This document shows positions 7,793-17,500 of a stretch of 64,000 bases of DNA, one piece after another. A program made the translations under genes and the position numbers. Origin of the DNA: a virus (Duplodnaviria; Heunggongvirae; Uroviricota; Caudoviricetes); IMG/VR virus record IMGVR_UViG_3300022697_000186, positions 109,091 through 173,090 of that record. The stretch is one strand, 5' to 3'. The notes under the pieces were generated by a model. It searched no databases, had not been told where the DNA came from, and worked only from the letters and a program-made list of their open reading frames with translations. Position 1 is the stretch's first letter; every line of letters starts with the position of its first letter.

Positions 7793-9670
7793 ATGATTAA
7801 ATGTAAAATATGTGATAAACTTTATAAAAATTTAGTCGGGTTATCATCTCATTTAACACAAATTCATCATATTAAACCTAAAGAATACTATGATCAAAAC
7901 TTTATGAAATTAAAGGAAGATACATGTTTTTATAATAATTGTAAAGAAACAGGAATTAATTCATTCATAAGTATGTCTCAAGGTTATCATAAATATTGTT
8001 CAGTTATTTGTGCAACTAATTCAAAAGAAACTAGAGAAAAAACTAGACAAACCTATTTAAAAAGATACGGTGTAGATAATCCTTCAAAATCAAAAACTAT
8101 ACAGGATAAATTTAAAAAGACATGTTTAAAAAAATATGGTGTAGATAATCCTATGAAAAACAAAGATATAGTTAAAACAGTAGAAAATAATAATTTAAAA
8201 AAATATGGCGTGAAATGGTTATTATTAACGGATGATGTTAAATCTAAATCTAAACAAACTATGTTAAAAAAATATGGTGTAGATAATCCTATGAAAAATA
8301 AAAAAATCAAAGAGAAATCTAAACAAACATGCTTAGAGAGATATGGTGTAAATAGTTATTCTAAAACAAAATTATTTAAAGAAAAATATAAAAGTACTAT
8401 GTTAGAAAGACATGGTGTAGAACATGCTTTACAAGTAGAAGAGTTTAAAGAGAAATCTAAACAAACTTGTCTGAAAAGATATGGTACTGAAATTGCTTCC
8501 TCCTCTGAAATTATAAAAAATAGAATTATTAAAAATAATTTAAAAAAATATAATAAACATCATGTACTACAAGTTAAAGAAATTAAAGATAAAATTAAAA
8601 AAACTAGACAAAATAATTTTTATAATATGTTAATTAATTCTAATAGATTAAAAAATCTAGTTACACCTTTATTTGAATTATTAATTTTTAAGGGTGTAAA
8701 AAATAGTTATTTTTGGAAATGTAACAAATGTGAAACTGAATTCGAAGATAATTTGGATAATGGTAAAGTTCCTAGATGCCCAACTTGTTATCCTATATTA
8801 GCAAAAAATACTTCAATTGGTGAACAAGAAGTACTAGAATTTGTTAAACAATATTATCCTAGTGTAGAAAATCCAAATAAGACTATTTTAAATGGTAAAC
8901 ATATAGATATCTACATTCCAGAAATTAAACTAGGAATAGAATATCATGGGCTTTATTGGCATAGTGAAAGTATAATTTTAAATAAAAATTACCATCAAGA
9001 AAAACACTTATTAGCTAAAGAAAAAAATGTTCAATTAATACAGATATTTGAAGATGAATGGATTGAGAAACAGAATATCATTAAAAGTATATTATTAAAT
9101 AAAATGGGTAAATCTCCCAATAAAGTATTCGCTAGAAAGTGTAAAATTAAAGAAGTTTCTAATAAAGAAGCTAAACAATTTTTATTTGATAATCATCTTC
9201 AGAGTGAAATCAATGGAACTCATATGGGTCTTTATTTTGAATCTGAATTAGTTTCTATGATTACGATGGGTAAATCTAGATTTAATAAGAAGTATGATTA
9301 TGAAATTTTAAGATTCTGTAATAAGTTGAATTATTCAATTACTGGTGGATTATCTAGACTTCTTTCTCACTTTAAAAAATTAAATCCAAATAGTTCTATT
9401 ATTACATATGCTGATGCTAGATATGGTACAGGATCCGGATATGAAAACTGTGGATTTGAATATAAAGAATTAACTAACCCAAATTACTTTTATTTAAAAA
9501 ATAATGGTAGAGAAAATAGAATAGGTTATCAGAAACATAAGTTAGAAAATTTATTAGAATCATTTGATTCTACTTTAACTGAATGGCAAAATATGCAATT
9601 AAATGGTTTCGATAGAATATGGGATGCAGGCAATTATGTTTATAATATAGGAGTTAATCCATGTCATTAG
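7793..9670 (+). CDS. Free-standing nuclease, copy 2 (C2H2 finger, eight 23-aa repeats, Zn ribbon, PD-(D/E)xK, Mom/GNAT-like domain)
   Basis: CKIC-x12-H-x4-H finger; KxYGVxN repeats; CNKC...CPTC; DIYIPEIKLGIEYHG. It sits inside the baseplate operon and its 3' end contains the RBS of the next gene. Confidence 0.8.
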   Translation: MIKCKICDKLYKNLVGLSSHLTQIHHIKPKEYYDQNFMKLKEDTCFYNNCKETGINSFISMSQGYHKYCSVICATNSKETREKTRQTYLKRYGVDNPSKSKTIQDKFKKTCLKKYGVDNPMKNKDIVKTVENNNLKKYGVKWLLLTDDVKSKSKQTMLKKYGVDNPMKNKKIKEKSKQTCLERYGVNSYSKTKLFKEKYKSTMLERHGVEHALQVEEFKEKSKQTCLKRYGTEIASSSEIIKNRIIKNNLKKYNKHHVLQVKEIKDKIKKTRQNNFYNMLINSNRLKNLVTPLFELLIFKGVKNSYFWKCNKCETEFEDNLDNGKVPRCPTCYPILAKNTSIGEQEVLEFVKQYYPSVENPNKTILNGKHIDIYIPEIKLGIEYHGLYWHSESIILNKNYHQEKHLLAKEKNVQLIQIFEDEWIEKQNIIKSILLNKMGKSPNKVFARKCKIKEVSNKEAKQFLFDNHLQSEINGTHMGLYFESELVSMITMGKSRFNKKYDYEILRFCNKLNYSITGGLSRLLSHFKKLNPNSSIITYADARYGTGSGYENCGFEYKELTNPNYFYLKNNGRENRIGYQKHKLENLLESFDSTLTEWQNMQLNGFDRIWDAGNYVYNIGVNPCH

Positions 9671-12246
9671 ATGAAAAAAGTATAGATATCTATAGTTCTA
9701 GAGATAAGATACGTACAGAGCTTATTAAATATATGCAGGAGCATTTAGAGTTAGAAAATGTAGATTTAACAAAAACCTCTTATTTATCATACCTCGTAAA
9801 TACACTTTCTGTTTTAACTTCTAATTTACTATTTTACAATTCAAGTGTATATAAGGAGATGTTCCTTACTAAAGCTACATTAAAAGAATCAGTTCTTAAT
9901 TTAGCAGCTATGTTAAGTTATACTCCAGCGTTTGCTACCACTGCAACTTCAGCATTACTTATAGAAATACCTTTGGGTTTTACAAGTGATGTTAATATTG
10001 TATTGGAAAAAGGTTTTAAATATTATGCAAACGATGTTATATTTACCCAAAATAATGAAATTAGATTAGATATTAAATCTACTGGTACAGCAATTGTTAC
10101 TGAAATACCTAGTACTGGGGGTTCACAGGTTGTTATTTCTTCTATAAATTCTAATACACTTATTTTCGCAGTATCAGTTACACAGGTGGAAGAAATTCCA
10201 TTAACATACCAAATACCCTCATTAAAACCTTTTGAATTTTATACATTAGAAACAAATTTTGATGGTCAAATTTCTAGTATGGTTGTTACAACTACAGATC
10301 AAGGAAGTCAAATATCAGAAACTTGGATATCTTATAATTCTTTATTTTTAATACCTAGTGGTATAAGGGGATTTGCTTTTAGAAAAACTGAATCTGGTGG
10401 TAGATTATTTTTTGGTAATGGTGTTGTTGGAATACAACCTAGTGAAAATGCTACTGTAACAATATCTATGAATATCACAAAAGGTAGTAGTGGTAATGTT
10501 ATATCTGGTTCTATTGTAAAAGCTCAAAGAGTATATGTTGAAGATCTAGTTGGTACAAAGTTAATAAGAAAACCTGTACAAATTACTGTAACAAATGTTT
10601 CACCTGCTACTGGAGGGGCAGATTCTCCTACAATGGATGAAATAAGAAGCGGTGCTATAACAAGTTTATCTTCTAGAGGACGTCTTGTTTCTCAAAGTGA
10701 TTATAATAATATTAAAGATATAGTTACTAATTTTATTTCTGATCATTCAATTGATATTGTTAAAAGAAGTGATTTAAAAAGAAATGAAATATGTGTATTT
10801 TCAGACATATTATTTCAAGGTCTAATAGTACCAACAAGAAATACTATTTGGAATGTAGATAGTACAGCTGGAGATAGTACTGCTGCAGTTTCAACTACAA
10901 CAGAATTCGTAAGAACTAATGATGTAGCATCTATAAATAATGCCGATTATTATAGTATGTTTAATATAGAGATTAATCCTTTACTTAAAGAGGCTAATTA
11001 TTTTTATCAAATTGATTCTGTTGAAAAACCATTAGTATTAAGTAGAACTTATACAACTGAAACAAAAATATCTTTAGATAAAGTTAAATTTCATGTTGAT
11101 TCAACAAAAACAAATCTTTTAATTGATTTATATTTTACAGAGATAGTTGCTGCAACATATACTGAATTGAGTTGTGAGATGGTAGCCGACTGGGATGGTG
11201 TTGAACGACAGATGGTTAGAAATGTTGATCCTGCCCCTGGTGGAGGTTTCTTAGAAGAATTCACAGTATCAATTCCTTTAACAGAACCATTAGATGGTGA
11301 TTGGAATTATTATTTTAGAATGTATGATTTAGTTGCAGGTACAAAAGAATATATAAATGAATCATATGTAGAAATTACTGTTAAGAAAGATTTAAGTGAT
11401 TTTATGTATAGCTCAGTTGATGTTACAGGAACTCCAGGAAATTATAATATAACAATTTATGATGTTCCTGTTATAAAGAAAAGTTGGTATGATACAACTA
11501 ATGCAGATTCATTTACTTTAAATGTTTTGGAAAAAATTATTAATTTAGATGTAACATCATATAGAATGATGACAGATTTTTTAAATTTAAAATTTAGTAA
11601 TACTACAGGTATATTAAGTAATATGCATAAATTTAATCCAACAGATAAAGATCCAGTTATATCTGTTAATCCTGAAACTAAACCAACTTCACCACTTAAT
11701 GGAGATAGATATTTAATTACTTCTGAAGCATCACATATTTATAGTTCCGGTGTAGTTCCATGGAATGAAACTGGTACACGTATAGGTGGTTTTATAGTTC
11801 AATATTCATCATCAACCTCAACTTGGGCTTATGAAAAACTTGATATAAACGATATTATTTACGTTGTAGATGTTGGTTCTAATTTGATATATAATGGTTC
11901 ATCCATGGTATCAATGATTAGTATGATTCCTTTAGAGATTAGCTTGATTATTTGGAAAGATCGAAGTGTATCAACTGTTGATACAGCATTATCTGCTTTA
12001 ATAAAAACAGAATTAATTGCTGCTCTAGGTCCTAATTTTGGATTTGATAAAGGTTTATATACTTCACAAATAATAAAAATTGTTCAATCAATTAAAGGTG
12101 TAGCAAATGTTAAGGTAGTAAGTCCAAGACATGATATATTTTTTAGTTACGATAAATATAAAGATTTTTCTGAACAAGATTTATTAGAATATGGACCAGA
12201 TCTTATTTACTTTAGTGCTGATCAAATATCAATTGAAATTAGATAA
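9661..12246 (+). CDS. Baseplate wedge protein (T4 gp6-like)
   Basis: FLTKATLKESVLNLAAMLSYTP, FFGNGVVGIQP, ATGGAD..T.DEIR, R.VSQSDY motifs. Confidence 0.85.
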   Translation: MSLDEKSIDIYSSRDKIRTELIKYMQEHLELENVDLTKTSYLSYLVNTLSVLTSNLLFYNSSVYKEMFLTKATLKESVLNLAAMLSYTPAFATTATSALLIEIPLGFTSDVNIVLEKGFKYYANDVIFTQNNEIRLDIKSTGTAIVTEIPSTGGSQVVISSINSNTLIFAVSVTQVEEIPLTYQIPSLKPFEFYTLETNFDGQISSMVVTTTDQGSQISETWISYNSLFLIPSGIRGFAFRKTESGGRLFFGNGVVGIQPSENATVTISMNITKGSSGNVISGSIVKAQRVYVEDLVGTKLIRKPVQITVTNVSPATGGADSPTMDEIRSGAITSLSSRGRLVSQSDYNNIKDIVTNFISDHSIDIVKRSDLKRNEICVFSDILFQGLIVPTRNTIWNVDSTAGDSTAAVSTTTEFVRTNDVASINNADYYSMFNIEINPLLKEANYFYQIDSVEKPLVLSRTYTTETKISLDKVKFHVDSTKTNLLIDLYFTEIVAATYTELSCEMVADWDGVERQMVRNVDPAPGGGFLEEFTVSIPLTEPLDGDWNYYFRMYDLVAGTKEYINESYVEITVKKDLSDFMYSSVDVTGTPGNYNITIYDVPVIKKSWYDTTNADSFTLNVLEKIINLDVTSYRMMTDFLNLKFSNTTGILSNMHKFNPTDKDPVISVNPETKPTSPLNGDRYLITSEASHIYSSGVVPWNETGTRIGGFIVQYSSSTSTWAYEKLDINDIIYVVDVGSNLIYNGSSMVSMISMIPLEISLIIWKDRSVSTVDTALSALIKTELIAALGPNFGFDKGLYTSQIIKIVQSIKGVANVKVVSPRHDIFFSYDKYKDFSEQDLLEYGPDLIYFSADQISIEIR

Positions 12247-13322
12247 TGATTAATTTATTAACTGAATTTAAACTTCCAGAAATAAAACCTGATGCAAAAG
12301 AATATCGTTTTGTTTCTAAAGTCGTAGGTCTTGAATTATCATCAATAATTAAACCGTGTTATAGACCAAGACTTATCAAATACAGATTAGACTTAGAAAA
12401 ATATACTGGTGTAACTAAAGAAAAAATTAAAGAATTTAAAAATACATTATCTTCACCTTATAATAAATTTCCTTTTTTTACAGATGAATTAAATTTACTT
12501 ATATTAATAGCTATATTGAATAATGTTAAACATAATAAACAAAATATGATAAAGTTATATCTTCAGCTATTAGGATTAAAATATTACACTAATCAATTAT
12601 GGAAACATTTTAAATTATTTTGTGATGTTGAAGTTTGGAATATGGCTTTAGACAAAGTTTCATCCAAACATAATTTTAGAGTACATAATGGTATTGGTAG
12701 AACTATATTATATTTAGCAGATAAAGAATATAAGAATCATAAAAAAATGTTAAGTAAAACTCCTGGCAGAATTACTGATAAGGAATTAATAGATCTTTCA
12801 AGAAGATTGAGAAATGGTGTCACACAATCTACTAGGTCATTTGCACAGTTATATTATAAATTATTCGAAGAAAAAAAAGTGGGAGTTAAACAAGATCAAG
12901 AAGGACAAGAACTAAAACTAATTTCACAAAAGATATCCCAAGGAATGTGTACATATGGGCAAATAGATAAAGAAGCATTAACTATAGCTATATCAAAAAG
13001 TGGGATAAGAAAAGAAATGGGAATAAATATTATTACAGATATATCTACATCCCCATACAGAGATCAAATAGGTTTTATAATACTATTATTAGGTAGGTTA
13101 GATAAATTAAAAAATATATGTAATGATAGAAATAGAACTAATCTAATAAGAAAAGCTCAATCAAATAATAAGATTGCTGATAAGTATATTATTAAAGATA
13201 AAATTAAAGAAATATTATATTCAACACCTCAAGGTAATAAATTAAAATCAATATATGAAAAACAACTTCTAATATTCTTTTTATATTATCTTACTACATT
13301 TATAAGAAATAGAATTTGTTAA
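12246..13322 (+). CDS. Hypothetical protein (358 aa, basic), last gene of the baseplate operon
   Basis: Translationally coupled (TAATG); no recognisable motif. Confidence 0.7.
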   Translation: MINLLTEFKLPEIKPDAKEYRFVSKVVGLELSSIIKPCYRPRLIKYRLDLEKYTGVTKEKIKEFKNTLSSPYNKFPFFTDELNLLILIAILNNVKHNKQNMIKLYLQLLGLKYYTNQLWKHFKLFCDVEVWNMALDKVSSKHNFRVHNGIGRTILYLADKEYKNHKKMLSKTPGRITDKELIDLSRRLRNGVTQSTRSFAQLYYKLFEEKKVGVKQDQEGQELKLISQKISQGMCTYGQIDKEALTIAISKSGIRKEMGINIITDISTSPYRDQIGFIILLLGRLDKLKNICNDRNRTNLIRKAQSNNKIADKYIIKDKIKEILYSTPQGNKLKSIYEKQLLIFFLYYLTTFIRNRIC

Positions 13323-14497
13323 CCAGTAGCAGTAGTTATACCATTCCATTTATTTTGTTGTGATAATGCAACTCTTTTTGATGGAGTTAATGAATTTAAA
13401 TTAGGTGAGTTAGAAGAAGAAACCATAACATCATTATTATTTAATAAAGATGCTAAATTTTCGTTATTCTTATCGTGACTTATTGAATTTATACCAACAG
13501 TTGAAGTAAGATTATTTATGTAATCTTTCATTGTTGGTCTATTTTCATCTGTTGTACCTCCACCAGCTATAAATGAATTATATAAATTATTGATTGTCAT
13601 CTTTACATCAATCATACCGACTCTTTGAGTATAACCTATATCATTTGCTTCTCCACCTTTAATAACATCTATAGAAGATATATAACCAGCATTTATTTTA
13701 AATAAACCAGGACAATCTGCTCTACACATTAAAGGTGTATTAAATGTTGCTTGATTAACATCACTTTCAGGTGTTATAAATGCTAATAATTTTGCTAATG
13801 GGTTAACAATATATTTCTTATGGTATGTATTATTACCTGGTTCAGGATTATATAATCTAACAGTAAAAGAATATGAAGGTGAAAATGATGCACCTTGCCA
13901 AATCATAGGAAAATCAATTTGACCCCCTGCCATTAAACTTGCATAATCTTTATTTTGAGATCCTACAATACCTTCAACAGCTTTAGCTACACCGCTAGCT
14001 AACCCCAGACTTGCACCACCTATAGTACCAACAATACCTCCACTTTTTGACGCACTATCACTTAATACCTTAATAGCTTCACCTAAAGTTTTTTTACCAG
14101 TTATTCTAGTTAATTCTTGTATAGTTGAAGAAGATGCATTACTTATTGCTTCTAATTTTGATTCACCATAATCAACAGAGAATGATTCAGATATTGAAGT
14201 ATCATTTAAAAATGCTACATATATTGACTTTGCTCCTGCTGATAGTGGTTCAGCGCCAGATCCAGATAATAATTTATTATATTTAGAAACTCCCCCATCG
14301 ATATCTAAACCATATAACTTTAAACCATTTGTACCAGCAGATACACCACCATTAGCTATTGCAGGAAAAAGTTGAACAACTGCAAATGAGTTTAATGTCA
14401 TTTGTTCTTCGTCTGCTATAGTTGGAGGTAATCCAATTATTTGTTTACTTAATCCAGATTTAGTAAAAACATCATGTTTACCTGATGAACTTGCCAT
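13319..14497 (-). CDS. Virion structural protein (possible baseplate/tail-tube cap)
   Basis: Directly downstream of the tape-measure-like gene; FPMIWQGASFSPSYSFTVRLY and GYISSIDV patterns. Confidence 0.5.
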   Translation of the reverse strand: MASSSGKHDVFTKSGLSKQIIGLPPTIADEEQMTLNSFAVVQLFPAIANGGVSAGTNGLKLYGLDIDGGVSKYNKLLSGSGAEPLSAGAKSIYVAFLNDTSISESFSVDYGESKLEAISNASSSTIQELTRITGKKTLGEAIKVLSDSASKSGGIVGTIGGASLGLASGVAKAVEGIVGSQNKDYASLMAGGQIDFPMIWQGASFSPSYSFTVRLYNPEPGNNTYHKKYIVNPLAKLLAFITPESDVNQATFNTPLMCRADCPGLFKINAGYISSIDVIKGGEANDIGYTQRVGMIDVKMTINNLYNSFIAGGGTTDENRPTMKDYINNLTSTVGINSISHDKNNENLASLLNNNDVMVSSSNSPNLNSLTPSKRVALSQQNKWNGITTATG

Positions 14498-14511
14498 TAT
14501 TATAATCCTTT

Positions 14512-17500
14512 CTATTCAAATTTAGTTTTAGTAAGTGCTTCTGTGTTCGGATCCATTTGGGAATTGGATCCACCTCCACCACCTGCACCTGCAATATTAT
14601 TAGCATTTGAATTAGATACAATTGTAGTCATGTTATTATAATAGTTTATTGTTTCTGCTGAAAGTTTATCTATACTTTTAGTTGTTTCTTTAGCACCTAT
14701 AGCATTTAAATCAGCTTTAACTTTGGCATTAGCTGATGATGAATTAGCTAATTGACTTTTGTCCATTTGTGCTAACCCAGGTGTATCCTGTACTTTTGAA
14801 AATTTACCATCAATAACCTCATATTTATTACCTTGTTTCATACCAGAAGATACAGTATGGATTGCACCTGCGGCTTTAGAATATGATTTATAGTTAGTAC
14901 CGTATTTTTTATTTATTGCTTCCACTTGACTAGCTTTATTTTGTTTAGCTGTTGCAGCATGCTCTTTATTTAATTCATCAAGACTTTGAAATTTATGTTT
15001 TATCCATCTCATAGCCATTGCAGCTGCAGCTATAACAGGTAAAAATGGGGCAATCAATGCACCAACACTAGCTATAGCTCCACCAATAGAAGCCATAATA
15101 GCCATTATAGCTTTTTTCTTAAACCAAGTTTGAACTTTTGATGTTGCTTTAGATGTCTTTTTAATTTTAGTAGTATTCCAATCAATTGATTTTAAATATT
15201 TATTACCTTGTTTTAATAAACTAATAACTTTAGAAGGCCATTTTGCATATATAGCCTTACCGTCAGCATCCTTACCAATGACTTCCATACCTAAAATCTT
15301 TTTAGCAAAATTTTGAGCTTTACCTTTGACCCAATTTTTTGCCTTAGTAAATTTATCTATTATACCTTGAAATGGACTCATTAAAAACTTTTTAAATCCA
15401 GTCCAAGCACCAGACATAACTTTTCCTATTTTACTTGGGATTGATAATACACCATCATAAACTTTTTCTAATTTATTTACAATTTTGTCACCAATGTAAT
15501 TTAGTGTTTTCCATAAACCTTTAACTGGTAAAGATACAGTATCATATATTAATCCTCCTAAACCTTTAGCTATTCCCCAAGCTCCTGATATTGGTGCAGT
15601 TATAGCTTCCCATAAACCTTTACCTACAGCTCCTGCTATTGTAAATGGTAATTTAACTGCAGATATAGATAAATCAGTAATACCACCAGCAATTTTAGAT
15701 AGTACACCTTGTGTACCTTTTACTCCTCCTGCTGAAAATAAATCAACAATTTCTTGTAATTTAGCAACAATTGGTTGTGTTATGATTTCATCTAATGTTT
15801 GACTCACAGGCATTATAAATTCACCTTTATGAACTTTAGCCATACCATCATTGGCTACTTGTCCACCAACAGCAAACTCTGATGTACCTTTAATTATCCT
15901 GTCTGCTTTTATATTTTCTGCAGTTGCTTCTTTCATTTGCTCGTACATACTCATAACTTCTTTTTTTATTTTAGTTTTATTATCACCTAGTTGTTCCCAA
16001 TCCTTTTTTAAATTTTTTTCTAAACCTGTTTTTATATATACATCTATAGCACTAATCAATTCAAGAAATTTATCTACGGCTGTATCCATTACTTTTATAT
16101 ATGGTTCAGTTGCAATTTCAATAGCTTTAAATATAGTTGCAAAACCAGATACTATACTAGCAACTATCCCTTTTTTATCACCTTTTTTTTCTTCGAATAT
16201 TTTTTTAAATTCAATATTAAATGTTGATTTAAATGAAGCAAGTGCAGCTGATTGCCAACCTATAATTAATTTCTGTATTTCTTCAAATATTTTAGCCCAA
16301 CCATCAGGTAATATTTTATTAATAAAATTTACTTTTAATTCAGAAATAGTTTCAGCTAAACCTAAATCAGCTGTATCTTTTAAAATTAACCATTTGGACC
16401 AGACATCAACAATGCTTCCAGTAATACCTGATAAAGCTCCCCACATTGAATATAATATACCCATAAAACTACCATCAACTAATTTTATTTCTTTCAGTTT
16501 ACCACCAACCCATTTATGTGGTGTTTTAGCTATTTTTTCATTAATCGATTTGTTACCACCAAATACTCTAATTGAATCAATTATAGGTGTAATGTTTGAT
16601 TTTATTATTTCTATTAGACCTAACATTACATTCGTTATTTCAATAGGTAAATTACCTATTGCAGTTACTGCTTTTTTTACAGCATCAGGTATTAATATAT
16701 TATAACCATCTGTAATCATTGTTTCTAATTTATCAAATATTGTAGCTTTATCTCCAACTTTAGTTTTATCACCTATAAGTATTTTTCTCATTTTTTCATA
16801 TACTAAACTTAATAAATTACCAAGGAAACTTTTACCTTCATCTTGCTCTTTTTCACCAACAAATAAATTTCTAATACCTTCAATTATAGAATCAACAACA
16901 TTTTTACCTTTTCGTGTTCCTGATGTCCAAAGATCTTTTATTGATTCTGCGATTCTTTTAGGTAAACCTTCAATTGATGCCCACATCTCTCGTAATATTT
17001 CAGGTATTTTTGATAAACCTGCAGTAAAGAAACTTAATATTCCTCCAAAGAATCCGCCGCCTCCAGGTTTTTGTTCTTCTCCATTTGTTGTGCCAGCAGA
17101 CCTCGCTTTTTCTGAAGTACCGCCTCCGAATTTTGATTTAAGATTTTCCCAAAGTTCTTTAGGTTGCCCTATCATTTCACCTTTATGTACTGTAGCATCA
17201 CCAGTTTCTATAACTAATCCTCCAACGGCAGCCATTGGTTTAATTTTAGCACCTTTTTTAACTTCACTAAATCCTTCACCAGGTGTTTTCCCAATTCCTA
17301 ATAATCCACCTAATTTTGAACCTGCAAACATTTTTTGTTTTAGCATACCACCAAGTAATTGTCCTAATGATCTAGCTCTTGGTTTTTCTAAACTACCTTC
17401 TACATTTAATCCAATTTGTAAAAGTCTAGATTGTGCTAATATTAAATCATTTATCTCACTTGATGCAAATCTTTGAGCTACATACATTATACCAAGTGTT

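Noticed and set aside
7950-8600. Repeats as a CRISPR array or DGR template/variable repeats
   Set aside because: They are in-frame, degenerate 69-nt coding repeats without spacers; no reverse transcriptase or adenine-specific variation was seen.
7780-9670. Target-site duplication around nuclease copy 2
   Set aside because: The junctions (AGGTTTAAAATG versus AGGAGTTAATCCATG) share no convincing direct repeat; the other two copies have one end outside the window.
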